Assembly (NCBI GenBank): GCA_019639195.1
Contig: JAHBSI010000006.1
Location: 2,754 to 66,753 of the forward strand
Direction: 5' to 3'
Source of the DNA: Acidobacteriota bacterium
GTDB taxonomy: Bacteria > Acidobacteriota > Blastocatellia > Pyrinomonadales > Pyrinomonadaceae
DNA length: 64,000 nt
The notes below the pieces were generated by a model. The model did not search any database, had not been told where the DNA came from, and was given only the letters and a program-made list of their open reading frames with translations. Of the stretch, positions 31,526 through 41,152 are shown one piece after another. Position 1 is the first letter of the stretch, and each line of letters opens with the position of its first letter. The translations under genes and the position numbers were made by a program.

Positions 31526-32811
31526 TGAGCGTTCAATTCAAAATCGTCATACCAAAGGTTGCCGATCAGCGGACATCCGTCGCCGCAGAACACCCGCGTC
31601 GTCCGGATTGAGATCGCATTGCAGTTCTCCGGGGTCGTAAAGTCAACCGTTACTTGCTGCCAATCGTTTGTTCCCTGCGGCATCGGCTGGCTGGATACGA
31701 TAAGGCGGTCATCGATCGCATTTGTCACATCAAGCTGCGGCGGTCCCGCACTGCGAAGATTTTCGGTCCGCATCCAGAACGTAAGGCGATATTTCTTTGA
31801 CGGCTTCACAACGACCAGCTGAGAGGCGGTAAAAAGCTCTTGTGCCGAAAAATTCTTAAAGCTCAGCCGAAGGCTCTTTGAACCCGAGTGTTTGACGGCC
31901 CCGTCCCAGTTGACGTCCACCTTTCCCACTTTCGGGAACTGCCAGCCGAAGTAGTTCAGATCTGGACTGTTCACGATCCTTTCAAAGCCGGGATTCGAGA
32001 CCGCTTCCGGCTGTGCGTCAGGATCGATAACGAGCTGGCGTGAGAATTCTAGAGCTTGCGGAAATGCTCGTTTATCGAAAAGCCCCTGAACGACCACAGA
32101 TGAGATCTGCGGAAACTTTGCCTTATCCTCGTCGCTCAGTTTATTCCAGATCCGCAAAGCATCTGCGGGCTGTCCACGCTGTGCATAGAACATCGTGAGC
32201 CCTACAAGAACATCCGCGCCATCCGAAGCAAGTTCTTCGACCTTTTGAGGATCATGATCAAAATAGTCCCACGCAAGGCCAAAGACCTGCATTCTGTACT
32301 TGTAGTTGTTGACCGTCGCGAGCTTTAGCTGCGGCATCGCCTTTTCGACGCTGCCCTCGCGAATATAGAAGTTGCCAAGCTGCCAACGCGGGATCGTGTA
32401 TGACGGCGCAAGTTCAACGGCATGGCTGAATGCAGTCTCGGCGCGTTCTGCATTGCCGGCCTGTTCGCTGGCACGTCCGAGCTCGATCCACCAGCGATAA
32501 TCGAACGGTGACAGCACGACCGCCTGTTCCATCATATTCATCGAACGCTTTGCAGATTCCGCCGAAAACGCCTGTCGTTCGATCCCTGACGCAAGCCAAT
32601 ACGTCATCGGATCGCCCGGAGCAAGATTCTTCGCAGAGGCTAGCACTTGCGGAGCAGCGGGATCTGTCGGGAGCGTCATTTCGGCGATCATATCTCCGAA
32701 TTCTCTCCTAACCGACATCCAGCCGACCGCGAAAACGATCACGAGAGCAACGGCGATGCCGATCCTTGTTTTGGTCGAGCGTGTCGAGATGTGGACGAGA
32801 TCTGAGGCCAT
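31522..32811 (-). CDS. membrane-anchored TPR-repeat protein with C-terminal beta-sandwich (CBM4_9-like) domain
   Basis: N-terminal TM. TPR-like repeats (WWIELGRASEQAGNAERAETAF..). The C-terminal roughly 150 aa begin NPGFE..GW and resemble carbohydrate-binding jelly-roll modules. 4-nt overlap with the downstream ligase-like gene. Confidence 0.7.
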   Translation of the reverse strand: MASDLVHISTRSTKTRIGIAVALVIVFAVGWMSVRREFGDMIAEMTLPTDPAAPQVLASAKNLAPGDPMTYWLASGIERQAFSAESAKRSMNMMEQAVVLSPFDYRWWIELGRASEQAGNAERAETAFSHAVELAPSYTIPRWQLGNFYIREGSVEKAMPQLKLATVNNYKYRMQVFGLAWDYFDHDPQKVEELASDGADVLVGLTMFYAQRGQPADALRIWNKLSDEDKAKFPQISSVVVQGLFDKRAFPQALEFSRQLVIDPDAQPEAVSNPGFERIVNSPDLNYFGWQFPKVGKVDVNWDGAVKHSGSKSLRLSFKNFSAQELFTASQLVVVKPSKKYRLTFWMRTENLRSAGPPQLDVTNAIDDRLIVSSQPMPQGTNDWQQVTVDFTTPENCNAISIRTTRVFCGDGCPLIGNLWYDDFELNAQ

Positions 32812-32867
32812 TATTTTCGAGAACCAACGAACGAAAGTTTGCCTGATTTTAGCAAACTTTCTCCGAT

Positions 32868-33572
32868 TTGCATTTTCGCCTGAACCTTTCTACGTTTGAC
32901 ATTGTGCCTATCGATATAAGGAAACAAGCGGCCACCGTAATCAGGAGGCTAAAAAAAGAATATCCTGATGCGCACTGTGCTCTGAATCACACGAACGCGT
33001 TCGAACTTTTGATCGCGACGATACTTTCTGCCCAATGCACTGATGCGCGCGTGAATATCGTCACGGCCGATCTCTTTCGAAAATACTGCGGCCCGGAGGC
33101 TTTTGTAAGCGTCGCTCAAACAGAGCTCGAGCGGGATATACATTCAACGGGCTTCTTTAGGAACAAGGCCCGAAACATACAGGCCGCTTGCCGGCGAATA
33201 CTTGACGTTTACGGCGGTCAGGTCCCAAAGACGATGGATGACCTGCTTTCTCTTGGCGGAGTCGCCAGAAAGACCGCAAACGTCGTTATGGGCAATGCGT
33301 TTGGGATAGCATCGGGTGTCGTAGTTGACACACACGTTTCGCGGCTCGCCCAACGCCTCGGCCTCACAAATAACAAAACTCCAGAAAAGATCGAGAAAGA
33401 CCTGGAACAGGCCGTTCCAAAGAAAAACTGGATAATGCTACCGCATTGGCTGATCTCGCACGGAAGGGCGATATGTATTGCTCGCAGTCCAAAATGTCTC
33501 GAATGCGTCCTCGCAGATATTTGCCCCTCAAAGAAGCTATTTTTTCCGGACAACCCCACGAAGACAAAATAG
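32868..33572 (+). CDS. nth: endonuclease III
   Basis: HhH-GPD core (LLSLGGVARKTANVV) and a C-terminal 4Fe-4S cluster loop C-x6-C-x2-C-x5-C (CIARSPKCLECVLADIC). Start uncertain: TTG at 32868 or GTG at 32904. Confidence 0.9.
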   Translation: MHFRLNLSTFDIVPIDIRKQAATVIRRLKKEYPDAHCALNHTNAFELLIATILSAQCTDARVNIVTADLFRKYCGPEAFVSVAQTELERDIHSTGFFRNKARNIQAACRRILDVYGGQVPKTMDDLLSLGGVARKTANVVMGNAFGIASGVVVDTHVSRLAQRLGLTNNKTPEKIEKDLEQAVPKKNWIMLPHWLISHGRAICIARSPKCLECVLADICPSKKLFFPDNPTKTK

Positions 33573-33657
33573 GCCCCGAACGCTTAACAAAAATATGCGT
33601 GCCTGCCGCATTTGGCGACAAGCACGCAGGTCAAAACTACCCAAAAGGGCGTCGTAT

Positions 33658-35310
33658 TTAGCGATTAGGTGCCTGCGGGAGCGGAGGCATCTGATCTTTC
33701 GGGAAACGCGGAAGCAGTTCGTCACGCATTGCAAGGGTGTAAACGGCCGCGGCAAAGATGATGGCCGAAGCCTTCGCATCCGGTTCGATAATGCGTTCGT
33801 ATGTATCCAGATTTGTGTGCCACGTAACACCAAAATATTCGATCGGATCCTGCGATCCGCCTATACCCGGAAGGCCGGCATGGTTGAACGAGGTGCTGTC
33901 CGTGCCGCCGAGATTTCGGCTCTTTGTGGCAGTAACACCGGCAAAACCAAGGTCCTCAAATGGTGTGAGTGCATCGCCAAGCACCTTTGCCGCTTCTTCG
34001 GGCCCGAAGATCGTCATGGCGCGAACACGACCCGTGCCGCTGTCGATGTTGAAGTATCCGCCGAATTTATCGAATTCCGGCTTCGGATCTTCGGCCGAAC
34101 CGAAGTGCGACTTTACATAGGCCTGCGATCCAAGAAGTCCCTGTTCCTCTCCGCTCCAGCAAGCGACGCGGATCGTACGACGCGGTTTAACACCGATCGC
34201 TTTCAGGATACGGGCAGCTTCCATCATAGTTGCGCAGCCGATGGCATTATCAGTCGCACCGGTCGCCGAGTGCCACGAATCAAGGTGGCCGCCAAGCATG
34301 ATGACCTCATCCTTCTTGTCGGAGCCTGCGATCTCGCCGATCAAGTTGTAGCTCGTAACGCCCGAAGGGATCACGCGGCTCTGGAGATTGAATTCCAATC
34401 TCACCGGCGTCTTATCCTGAAGAATGCGGTAGATACGGCCGAAATCTTCGTTGCGCATAACGACGGTCGGGATAACCTTTGAGATGTCGAAGGAACGGTT
34501 GTTAAAGGCCCTAACTGCACCACGATCAAGCTGAGACTCGTTGATTCGGACAAGAGCTCCATTGTCGAGCAGGAATTTATCAAGCTGCTCGTCGACTTCA
34601 CGGGCGTTGAGTGCTCCCGGTCTCGCTGCCGGACGTGGACCCTGCGGTCCGCGAAATTGTGGCCCGCCGCACTCGCCCGGCTTTTTGGTCGGGTCCATAC
34701 GACACTTCAGCTGCTCCATCGGGATATGCTTAGGCATTGGCTCGGTCGATTGATCGATGAATGCAGGCAACCCGACAAGCACCATCTTGCCTTTTACCGC
34801 TGCTTTCATGCTATCGAGGTACGCCGTCAACTCGGCCTGTGTCGGGCCCTGTTTGATCTGCGGATTCTCTGCCGAAGGAAACGTTGGAGTAATGAGGCTA
34901 ACGACCTCGCCCGTCACCGGACCTTTCGTTGAAGGCGTCCACGCAAGGACTTCATAAGTAAGCGTATCTTCCTGGGGCGAAAGCATTAGGCCCGTATTGC
35001 GGCCATTCTGCCACCCCGGATGGCCGAATTCCCATGCTTCGAGCTCCGCCTTATCAAATCCCCAATTCTTCATTTCAGCGGCTGCCCATTTTGCCGCGTT
35101 CACGTGATTCTCGCTGCCGGTGAGGCGCGGTCCGTACACGTCAGTCAAATAATGCATTACACGCATTATTTTTGAATTTTCGTTTTCCTCTTTCCTGATG
35201 CGTGAATAAACATCCGCAGTGTCGCCGGTTTGGGCAACGGCTGCCAGCGGAAGCATCATCAACTGAAAAAGCACAAGGGCGACAAACACCCTAAGACCAT
35301 TTTTTTTCAT
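33658..35310 (-). CDS. secreted M28-family aminopeptidase with PA domain
   Basis: Starting at Met 35310 gives a signal peptide ([28 protein letters not shown]). M28 metal-ligand regions are present ([26 protein letters not shown]). Confidence 0.85.
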   Translation of the reverse strand: MKKNGLRVFVALVLFQLMMLPLAAVAQTGDTADVYSRIRKEENENSKIMRVMHYLTDVYGPRLTGSENHVNAAKWAAAEMKNWGFDKAELEAWEFGHPGWQNGRNTGLMLSPQEDTLTYEVLAWTPSTKGPVTGEVVSLITPTFPSAENPQIKQGPTQAELTAYLDSMKAAVKGKMVLVGLPAFIDQSTEPMPKHIPMEQLKCRMDPTKKPGECGGPQFRGPQGPRPAARPGALNAREVDEQLDKFLLDNGALVRINESQLDRGAVRAFNNRSFDISKVIPTVVMRNEDFGRIYRILQDKTPVRLEFNLQSRVIPSGVTSYNLIGEIAGSDKKDEVIMLGGHLDSWHSATGATDNAIGCATMMEAARILKAIGVKPRRTIRVACWSGEEQGLLGSQAYVKSHFGSAEDPKPEFDKFGGYFNIDSGTGRVRAMTIFGPEEAAKVLGDALTPFEDLGFAGVTATKSRNLGGTDSTSFNHAGLPGIGGSQDPIEYFGVTWHTNLDTYERIIEPDAKASAIIFAAAVYTLAMRDELLPRFPKDQMPPLPQAPNR

Positions 35311-35529
35311 AGAGTTAAGTATTCCTCGCGGGCGCTCCGCCGGATCAGTAGATGCGTTACGCACGGACTTTTCTGGTTTATTTTGAAGTTTTATCCTTCG
35401 ACCTTAATACTAGAATATCCAATAAAAGTTTCAAATCCTGCAAAATGCAATTGCCCGTCCTGATGTTCTTCCTCGATCGGACCGCGATCCCGCAGAGCGT
35501 GCCGATTTTGTGCTCATTCAACATTTTTC

Positions 35530-35576
35530 AAGCAGAAAATAAGGAAGCGTCCGGCGGATCGTGGTCGGCCGGACGC
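35530..35576 (-). terminator. rho-independent terminator after the 578-aa gene
   Basis: 9-bp stem GCGTCCGGC / GCCGGACGC. On the minus strand it is followed by TTCCTTATTTTCTGCTT. It lies about 40 nt after the stop at 35617. Confidence 0.55.
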
Positions 35577-35616
35577 ATTGACTCAAATTTAAGGATTTTC
35601 GGGAGCTCTTTAGTTT

Positions 35617-37353
35617 TTATTGGGGGTTATCGATGACCTCAAAATGACCGGGCGACGCGTATCCCACCGTCTTACCCTGACCGTTGAGCAGGTTCACGTT
35701 GACCCACCCGCCGGTTTTGCCGTACTCGGAGATCGCACCAAGGAACTCTTCGCGCTTCTCATTCGTCATCGTTTCCCAGGCCGGAAGCACGACACCGTAG
35801 AAGGTATCACCGCTCTTTTTGGCGAGTTTCAAGTTCTCTTTGAACGGGATCGGATCGAGCTTCAGCATTATCACATCCTTTGAGAATGTGGTGTCTTCTT
35901 CAACGAACCATGTCGCCCAGGCGTACAGCCCCAGGGAGAGAATTATCAATGCCGTCGCACCGAAAAGCAGGAGCGGGTTGATGCCGAAGCATCGCTCCCG
36001 AACGGCTTCCAATATCGACCGTCGAGGACGGATCGCCGCAACCGATGGCTCAACCTTTTTTGGCGTGAGATCAATGTACTCAACTGGCTCCGAGCGTTCA
36101 GGCTCACCGTGGTGTTCGGTGCCCTCTTCGTCATCCTCGCGAGCTTCTGAAGGATCGATGAGATGCCTTAATGTCGTATCCAGTTCGAGCGTACGAGCAG
36201 CAGCCCCGGAGATTGCTTCATCATCCACTGAGCCGTACTTTTCGTGTGTAACGGCAGCACCCGAGGCGAGGCGCTCCTTGTCGAGCAACTTGACGTACCT
36301 GTTGCCTACCTTGACATTGCATTCTATGGCAGCGGTTAGGACCGTAGGAGCTAAGAAAGTCTCTGCAATATTTTCTTTGAATGACCTCAGTCGTCCGAAA
36401 AAGTCACTTCGGATCATGTCATCGAAATGCGTCGCATCCTCTGCTTCTTGCTGAAGTTCACGAAAACTCGCGGCAGCAAGAGCAATGCTCTCCTCGTCGT
36501 CGACAGAGTACAGCGGAATGCTGGACCAGTCGGCATACAAAGCCTTTATGTGGCTAAAGGCTTCCGCTCCGGTGAACAGGAGTCGGCGCGTCTCGTCTGC
36601 CAATGGCTTCGAGAATAGCCTCGTTACGATATAGTCGAACTTCCCTCGAACGTCCTCACCGTAGGGCAAATTCCGATAGAATCTCGCAAGTGCTAGCATC
36701 GCCTGAGAGCTTAGCTTTGGCCTGCACGTCTCGCAGTATCGGCGCAGGGCCGCGATCGATATCTCGGCGTCGCGCTTAGCAAGCACGGAGCACCAGGCCT
36801 CGATCTCCTGCATCAGTTGAAATTCAGCTTCCTTATGTGCATCTGAAGCCGCATCCTCAGCCACCTGCAAGAATTTGTGCAGAGCCTTTTTTACGCTGAG
36901 ATCGTCGTAGGTCTTGGGGACGATCTTCAGATATTCTCTTTCGAGTGCAGAGACAACGTGTTCGACGAGCTGCAGGCTCAGCACCTCGCCAGTAGCCCGT
37001 TTCTTGAAGAACTCTTTATCTGACTTCGGACGGCGGATCTCGATAGTTTCGTCGCTGTCCATCAGCTGCATATCAGCGACTTCCGGCGCATCCGCTTCGA
37101 TCTTCTCAGCTGTCTGATGGATTATTTCGCTGCGTGACGGTTCGTCACTCTCGGATCGCAGGCTCGTGCCGACAGATTCATCGGATTCTCCGTCAAAGGA
37201 GAAATCCTCGGTTTCTTGTTGAGATTTTTGACCTGCTGCGGGGTCGGCTCCACCATCAACTTCGAGAGCTCGGGCTTCGAGCACATCGAGGAAGGTATCC
37301 TCAAGCAGGTTCTCTTCTTTGAGTTCGAGGACGAGATCTTCAAAAATATTCAT
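35617..37353 (-). CDS. hypothetical single-pass membrane protein with acidic N-terminus and no recognisable domain
   Basis: Long uninterrupted ORF. It has a highly acidic first roughly 110 aa, a predicted helical cytoplasmic region, one TM (LLLFGATALIILSLGLYAWATWF) and a roughly 100-aa C-terminal domain. It lies 46 nt downstream of the pilin-like gene. Confidence 0.6.
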   Translation of the reverse strand: MNIFEDLVLELKEENLLEDTFLDVLEARALEVDGGADPAAGQKSQQETEDFSFDGESDESVGTSLRSESDEPSRSEIIHQTAEKIEADAPEVADMQLMDSDETIEIRRPKSDKEFFKKRATGEVLSLQLVEHVVSALEREYLKIVPKTYDDLSVKKALHKFLQVAEDAASDAHKEAEFQLMQEIEAWCSVLAKRDAEISIAALRRYCETCRPKLSSQAMLALARFYRNLPYGEDVRGKFDYIVTRLFSKPLADETRRLLFTGAEAFSHIKALYADWSSIPLYSVDDEESIALAAASFRELQQEAEDATHFDDMIRSDFFGRLRSFKENIAETFLAPTVLTAAIECNVKVGNRYVKLLDKERLASGAAVTHEKYGSVDDEAISGAAARTLELDTTLRHLIDPSEAREDDEEGTEHHGEPERSEPVEYIDLTPKKVEPSVAAIRPRRSILEAVRERCFGINPLLLFGATALIILSLGLYAWATWFVEEDTTFSKDVIMLKLDPIPFKENLKLAKKSGDTFYGVVLPAWETMTNEKREEFLGAISEYGKTGGWVNVNLLNGQGKTVGYASPGHFEVIDNPQ

Positions 37354-37399
37354 AACTCGTACCTATGGGGCGCGGGGGGTGGGTCGGGGATGGAAAATG

Positions 37400-37813
37400 C
37401 TACGGCAGGATCTGTTTGATCGCTCCGGACTGGTCGATCTCGTATTTGTAAACGACACCTTCCGTTGCGACATTTCGCGTCGCCGTGATCGTATATCGAC
37501 CGCGGAGGTCCGTATCTGTCGGGGTTCCGGGCATTTCGAAAACGAACTTGCCGCGGATCAGTTGGAGGCCGCTGACCGTTCCGAGCGCGTTTGAGGATGC
37601 TGAATTCAACTCCGCCAAGCGGGCGAATCTGCCGTTCTGCGACATAAAGCTCATTTGGGTCGAGGACATCGTCCTCATCGTAGCAAACGTGTTTCCGTTC
37701 TCGGCTGCACGTGTCGCCTTCTGCAGTGCGGGAACCGCTAGCGTCGCGATGATGCCGATGACGACAACTACAAGCAGGAGTTCAATTAGGGAAAATCCGC
37801 GTTCGTCCTTCAT
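37400..37813 (-). CDS. type IV pilin / pseudopilin-like protein (prepilin-type N-terminal cleavage/methylation domain)
   Basis: Class III signal peptide MKDERG|FSLIELLLVVVVIGIIA, with Gly at -1 and Glu at +5. Confidence 0.8.
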   Translation of the reverse strand: MKDERGFSLIELLLVVVVIGIIATLAVPALQKATRAAENGNTFATMRTMSSTQMSFMSQNGRFARLAELNSASSNALGTVSGLQLIRGKFVFEMPGTPTDTDLRGRYTITATRNVATEGVVYKYEIDQSGAIKQILP

Positions 37814-38113
37814 AAGATCTAACCTCACGCTCGAAAAGTAACATTTTTTGTCATATCAAATTGACAAGTTACGGCAACAAAAGCCTTTAGAATCTGTCTG
37901 TTCCGACTTTTCGGTGCCTGCGGACGCCTTCGACGTCCAAAACCGCCAACCTATTTGCAAAGAGCGTGCCATCCGGCAAATCATGCGATTTCAGCCGTAA
38001 AAAATAAGGGTGTTGTTTGCATCTTTGTTTTTTGATAAATTTGGAATTACGCTGATTATTTTTTTGCCCCCGCGTGCTGGCGGCTTGGGCATTCCAATTT
38101 GGAGTGAAACAAA

Positions 38114-40072
38114 TTGACAGCAGTCATTGATAAGACCCTGGAAACCTACGGAATAGATAACTGGGGAGCCGATTACTTCGGCATTAACAAGAAAGGCAAC
38201 CTAACCGTAAGAGCCCCGGAGAACGAAGCCCTTACGGCCGACATCAAAGATATTGTTGACGATCTTAGGAAACGAGGCGTGAACGCGCCCGTGCTCCTGC
38301 GCTTTCCTCAACTCCTCTTCGGCCAGATCCGCAAGCTTCAGGTGGCTTTCCGCAAGTCGATCAAGGAGTTCGCATACGAGGGTGATCATCTGTGCGTATT
38401 CCCGATGAAGGTCAATCAGAATCGATCGGTCATCGAGGAATATCTTCGCGAAGGCTCGCGCTATAACTTCGGCCTTGAGGCGGGTTCAAAGGCGGAACTT
38501 TATGCTGCACTCGGCCTCGAACAGGCAAAAGACAGCCTCTTGGTGCTAAACGGCTTCAAGGACCGCGAGTTCATCCAACTCGCATTTGCCGGGGCTGCCG
38601 CGGGAAAGAATGTTGTTATCGTAATCGAGAAGCTTAGCGAGCTCGAACACGCGATCGCGATAGCAGACGAAACTCAGAAAGCCAATCCTGCGATGAAGAT
38701 CCCGATGCTCGGCGTTCGGGTAAAGCTCTATGCAAAAGGATCCGGAAAGTGGGAAAAATCCGGCGGCGAAGCCGCAAAATTCGGACTTACGACAACCGAG
38801 ATCCTTGAGGTGATCCGGCGGCTTCAGGAAACGGGCCGCACTGATCTTCTCCGCCTCCTTCATTTCCACATCGGCTCGCAGCTCACCGACATTAAGCGGA
38901 TCAAGAACGCGATGAAAGAGGCGGCCCGAACGTATTCTAAGATCCGTCAGATGGGCGTACCGATCCAGTATCTGGACGTCGGCGGCGGTATGGCGGTGGA
39001 CTATGACGGCTCACGTACAAGTTTCGAATCGTCCGCGAACTACAATGCACGCGAATTCGCCAACGATGTCATTTATGTGATCAAAACCGTATGCGATGAC
39101 GAGAACGTCCCGCATCCGACGATCATTCAGGAATCCGGCCGCTATCTTTCCGCCTATCACGCGATCTTAGTTACAAATGTTCAGGATGAGATAGAAACGG
39201 TCGTAGAGGACCTGACGCCCCTGAATATGTCAGGAAACGTTCCGGAGGTCGTCCGTGAGCTTCACGACCTGCACGAAACGATCAACGCAAAGAATTATCG
39301 TGAGTATTATCACGACGCGCTCGAACATCGCGAAGAGCTTTTTACGATGTTCAACCTCGGCCTTATCTCGCTCGAGGACAAGGGTGCCGGTGAAGTACTC
39401 TTTTGGGACATCTGTGAAAAGGCCGATGGCTACGCTCAGCTGAAGAAGTACGTAAGCGAGGAATTCGACGATCTTCGTCGTCTTATGTGCGCTAAATACC
39501 TCGCTAACTTCTCGGTCTTTCGATCGATGCCTGACAACTGGGCTCTCGAACAGCTTTTCCCGATCGTCCCGATCCACAAGCTCAACAAAACGCCGACCGA
39601 ATTCGCAACGCTCTGCGATATTACTTGCGATTCGGACGGCATCGTAGATAAATTCGTCGATCTCCACGATATAAAGCCTGTTCTTGAGCTTCATAAGCTT
39701 GTAAAAGGCGAGCCTTATTACATCGCAATGATGCTAGTTGGTGCGTATCAGGAGGTTATGGGAAACAACCACAACCTTTTCGGCGTACCTCATGAAGCTC
39801 ATATTTTTATTGGTGACGACGGATACATTATCAAGAAGGTCATTTTCGGCGCGACACTCGGCGACGCTGTTTCCAGCGTGCGGTATGACGCCGTGCAGCT
39901 GCACGACACGTTTCGCAGGGCCGTCCTTCAAAAGATCAAGGACGGTGATCTTAGCTCGGAAGAAGGAAATGACCTGATCCACTATTACGAAAGTCAGGTA
40001 GATAGTTACACCTACTTGACGCCGCACTTTCTCGCCGCAAAGGAGAAAGCTGTCGGTTCAGCGGAAAAATAA
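38114..40072 (+). CDS. speA: biosynthetic arginine decarboxylase
   Basis: 652-aa SpeA-type PLP decarboxylase. N-terminal YGIDNWG, the FPMKVNQ Lys region, and a full-length pattern. TTG start after GGAGTG. Confidence 0.95.
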   Translation: MTAVIDKTLETYGIDNWGADYFGINKKGNLTVRAPENEALTADIKDIVDDLRKRGVNAPVLLRFPQLLFGQIRKLQVAFRKSIKEFAYEGDHLCVFPMKVNQNRSVIEEYLREGSRYNFGLEAGSKAELYAALGLEQAKDSLLVLNGFKDREFIQLAFAGAAAGKNVVIVIEKLSELEHAIAIADETQKANPAMKIPMLGVRVKLYAKGSGKWEKSGGEAAKFGLTTTEILEVIRRLQETGRTDLLRLLHFHIGSQLTDIKRIKNAMKEAARTYSKIRQMGVPIQYLDVGGGMAVDYDGSRTSFESSANYNAREFANDVIYVIKTVCDDENVPHPTIIQESGRYLSAYHAILVTNVQDEIETVVEDLTPLNMSGNVPEVVRELHDLHETINAKNYREYYHDALEHREELFTMFNLGLISLEDKGAGEVLFWDICEKADGYAQLKKYVSEEFDDLRRLMCAKYLANFSVFRSMPDNWALEQLFPIVPIHKLNKTPTEFATLCDITCDSDGIVDKFVDLHDIKPVLELHKLVKGEPYYIAMMLVGAYQEVMGNNHNLFGVPHEAHIFIGDDGYIIKKVIFGATLGDAVSSVRYDAVQLHDTFRRAVLQKIKDGDLSSEEGNDLIHYYESQVDSYTYLTPHFLAAKEKAVGSAEK

Positions 40073-40087
40073 TCCCAGGGAGACATT

Positions 40088-41149
40088 ATGGTAGCTCAGA
40101 AAAAATCAAAAGCATCGAAATTCTTATCTGTACCGACTAGACCGGTACCGATCGATCGCGACCGCTCGGTCGCCGGGCTTTTGGAGAAAATGGAAGGCGC
40201 CGGCTTCGGCGCACGGCAATTGGCAGAGGCTCATCGGATCTGGCTTGATATGCTCGACGATAACTCGACGATCTATCTCTGCCTTAGCGGAGACGTAGTA
40301 ACAGCGGGCATGCGCCGGTTGCTTTCCTACGTGATCAAGAATCGGTTCGTTGATGTGATCGTCGCTTCGGGCGCGGTTTTATATCACGACATCCATGAAA
40401 CTCTCGGCCGCGAACACTATCAGGCTCACCCGAGTATGTTGGACGAAGACCTCTCGGGTGCTTCGGTCACACGCATCGGCGATGTCCTCGGCAATGCAGA
40501 GGAGTATCAGGAAGCTGACGAATGGATCGGCAGCGTTGTCAATCAACTTGACCTCACCCGCAGCTACTCCTGTCGTGAGTTCCTTCACCTGATGGGCCGT
40601 GAACTCGCCGAGATCGCTCATGAGGACGGCGTTCTTACATCGTCTTACAAGTCGCGTATTCCCGTCTTTTGCCCTGATATTTCGGGCTCCGAGCTTGCAA
40701 TTGGCCTCGCTCGCGTAAAATTCGAGAAGAAGATCCATGTAGGCTTCGATCTTGGCCAGGATACGCTCGATATGATGCAGATCAACACGAAATCGCGAAA
40801 TTCCGCTATGATCGCCTGCGGCAGCACCTCGAGCCAAGGAATGGTAAATCTTGCGGAACTTTCTTCATACATTTCGCGTGGAAGTGTACGTGGACATAAG
40901 TACGCCATTTCGATCACGACAGATTCAGTTCCGCTCGATCCGCGTACTCCGAGCTACGGCGGCAGTCACACGAGCATGTTCGGAAAACTGCACAAGGGTG
41001 CAACTACCGCATATGTGCCGTGCGACCCATCGATAGCTCTGCCGATGATCATCACGGCCCTGTCACAAACTGCCGCAAAGTTTATGAAGGGCCGCAAGCG
41101 TCCGAATTTCTCTTTTTCGGGCCAGACGATGACCATTGACGTTCCGTAA
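40088..41149 (+). CDS. deoxyhypusine synthase-like protein
   Basis: DHS-family layout: a substrate/NAD region (LSGDVVTAGMRRLL..VDVIVASGAVLYHD) and a C-terminal Lys-containing segment (SMFGKL). It is wedged between speA and speB with 15-nt and 3-nt gaps. Confidence 0.8.
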   Translation: MVAQKKSKASKFLSVPTRPVPIDRDRSVAGLLEKMEGAGFGARQLAEAHRIWLDMLDDNSTIYLCLSGDVVTAGMRRLLSYVIKNRFVDVIVASGAVLYHDIHETLGREHYQAHPSMLDEDLSGASVTRIGDVLGNAEEYQEADEWIGSVVNQLDLTRSYSCREFLHLMGRELAEIAHEDGVLTSSYKSRIPVFCPDISGSELAIGLARVKFEKKIHVGFDLGQDTLDMMQINTKSRNSAMIACGSTSSQGMVNLAELSSYISRGSVRGHKYAISITTDSVPLDPRTPSYGGSHTSMFGKLHKGATTAYVPCDPSIALPMIITALSQTAAKFMKGRKRPNFSFSGQTMTIDVP

Positions 41150-41152
41150 ACT

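Noticed and set aside
37861-37893. Possible sigma-70 promoter for speA (TTGACA ... TAGAAT).
   Set aside because: The spacer between the hexamers is 21 nt, too long for a functional -35/-10 pair, so it is not reported as a feature.
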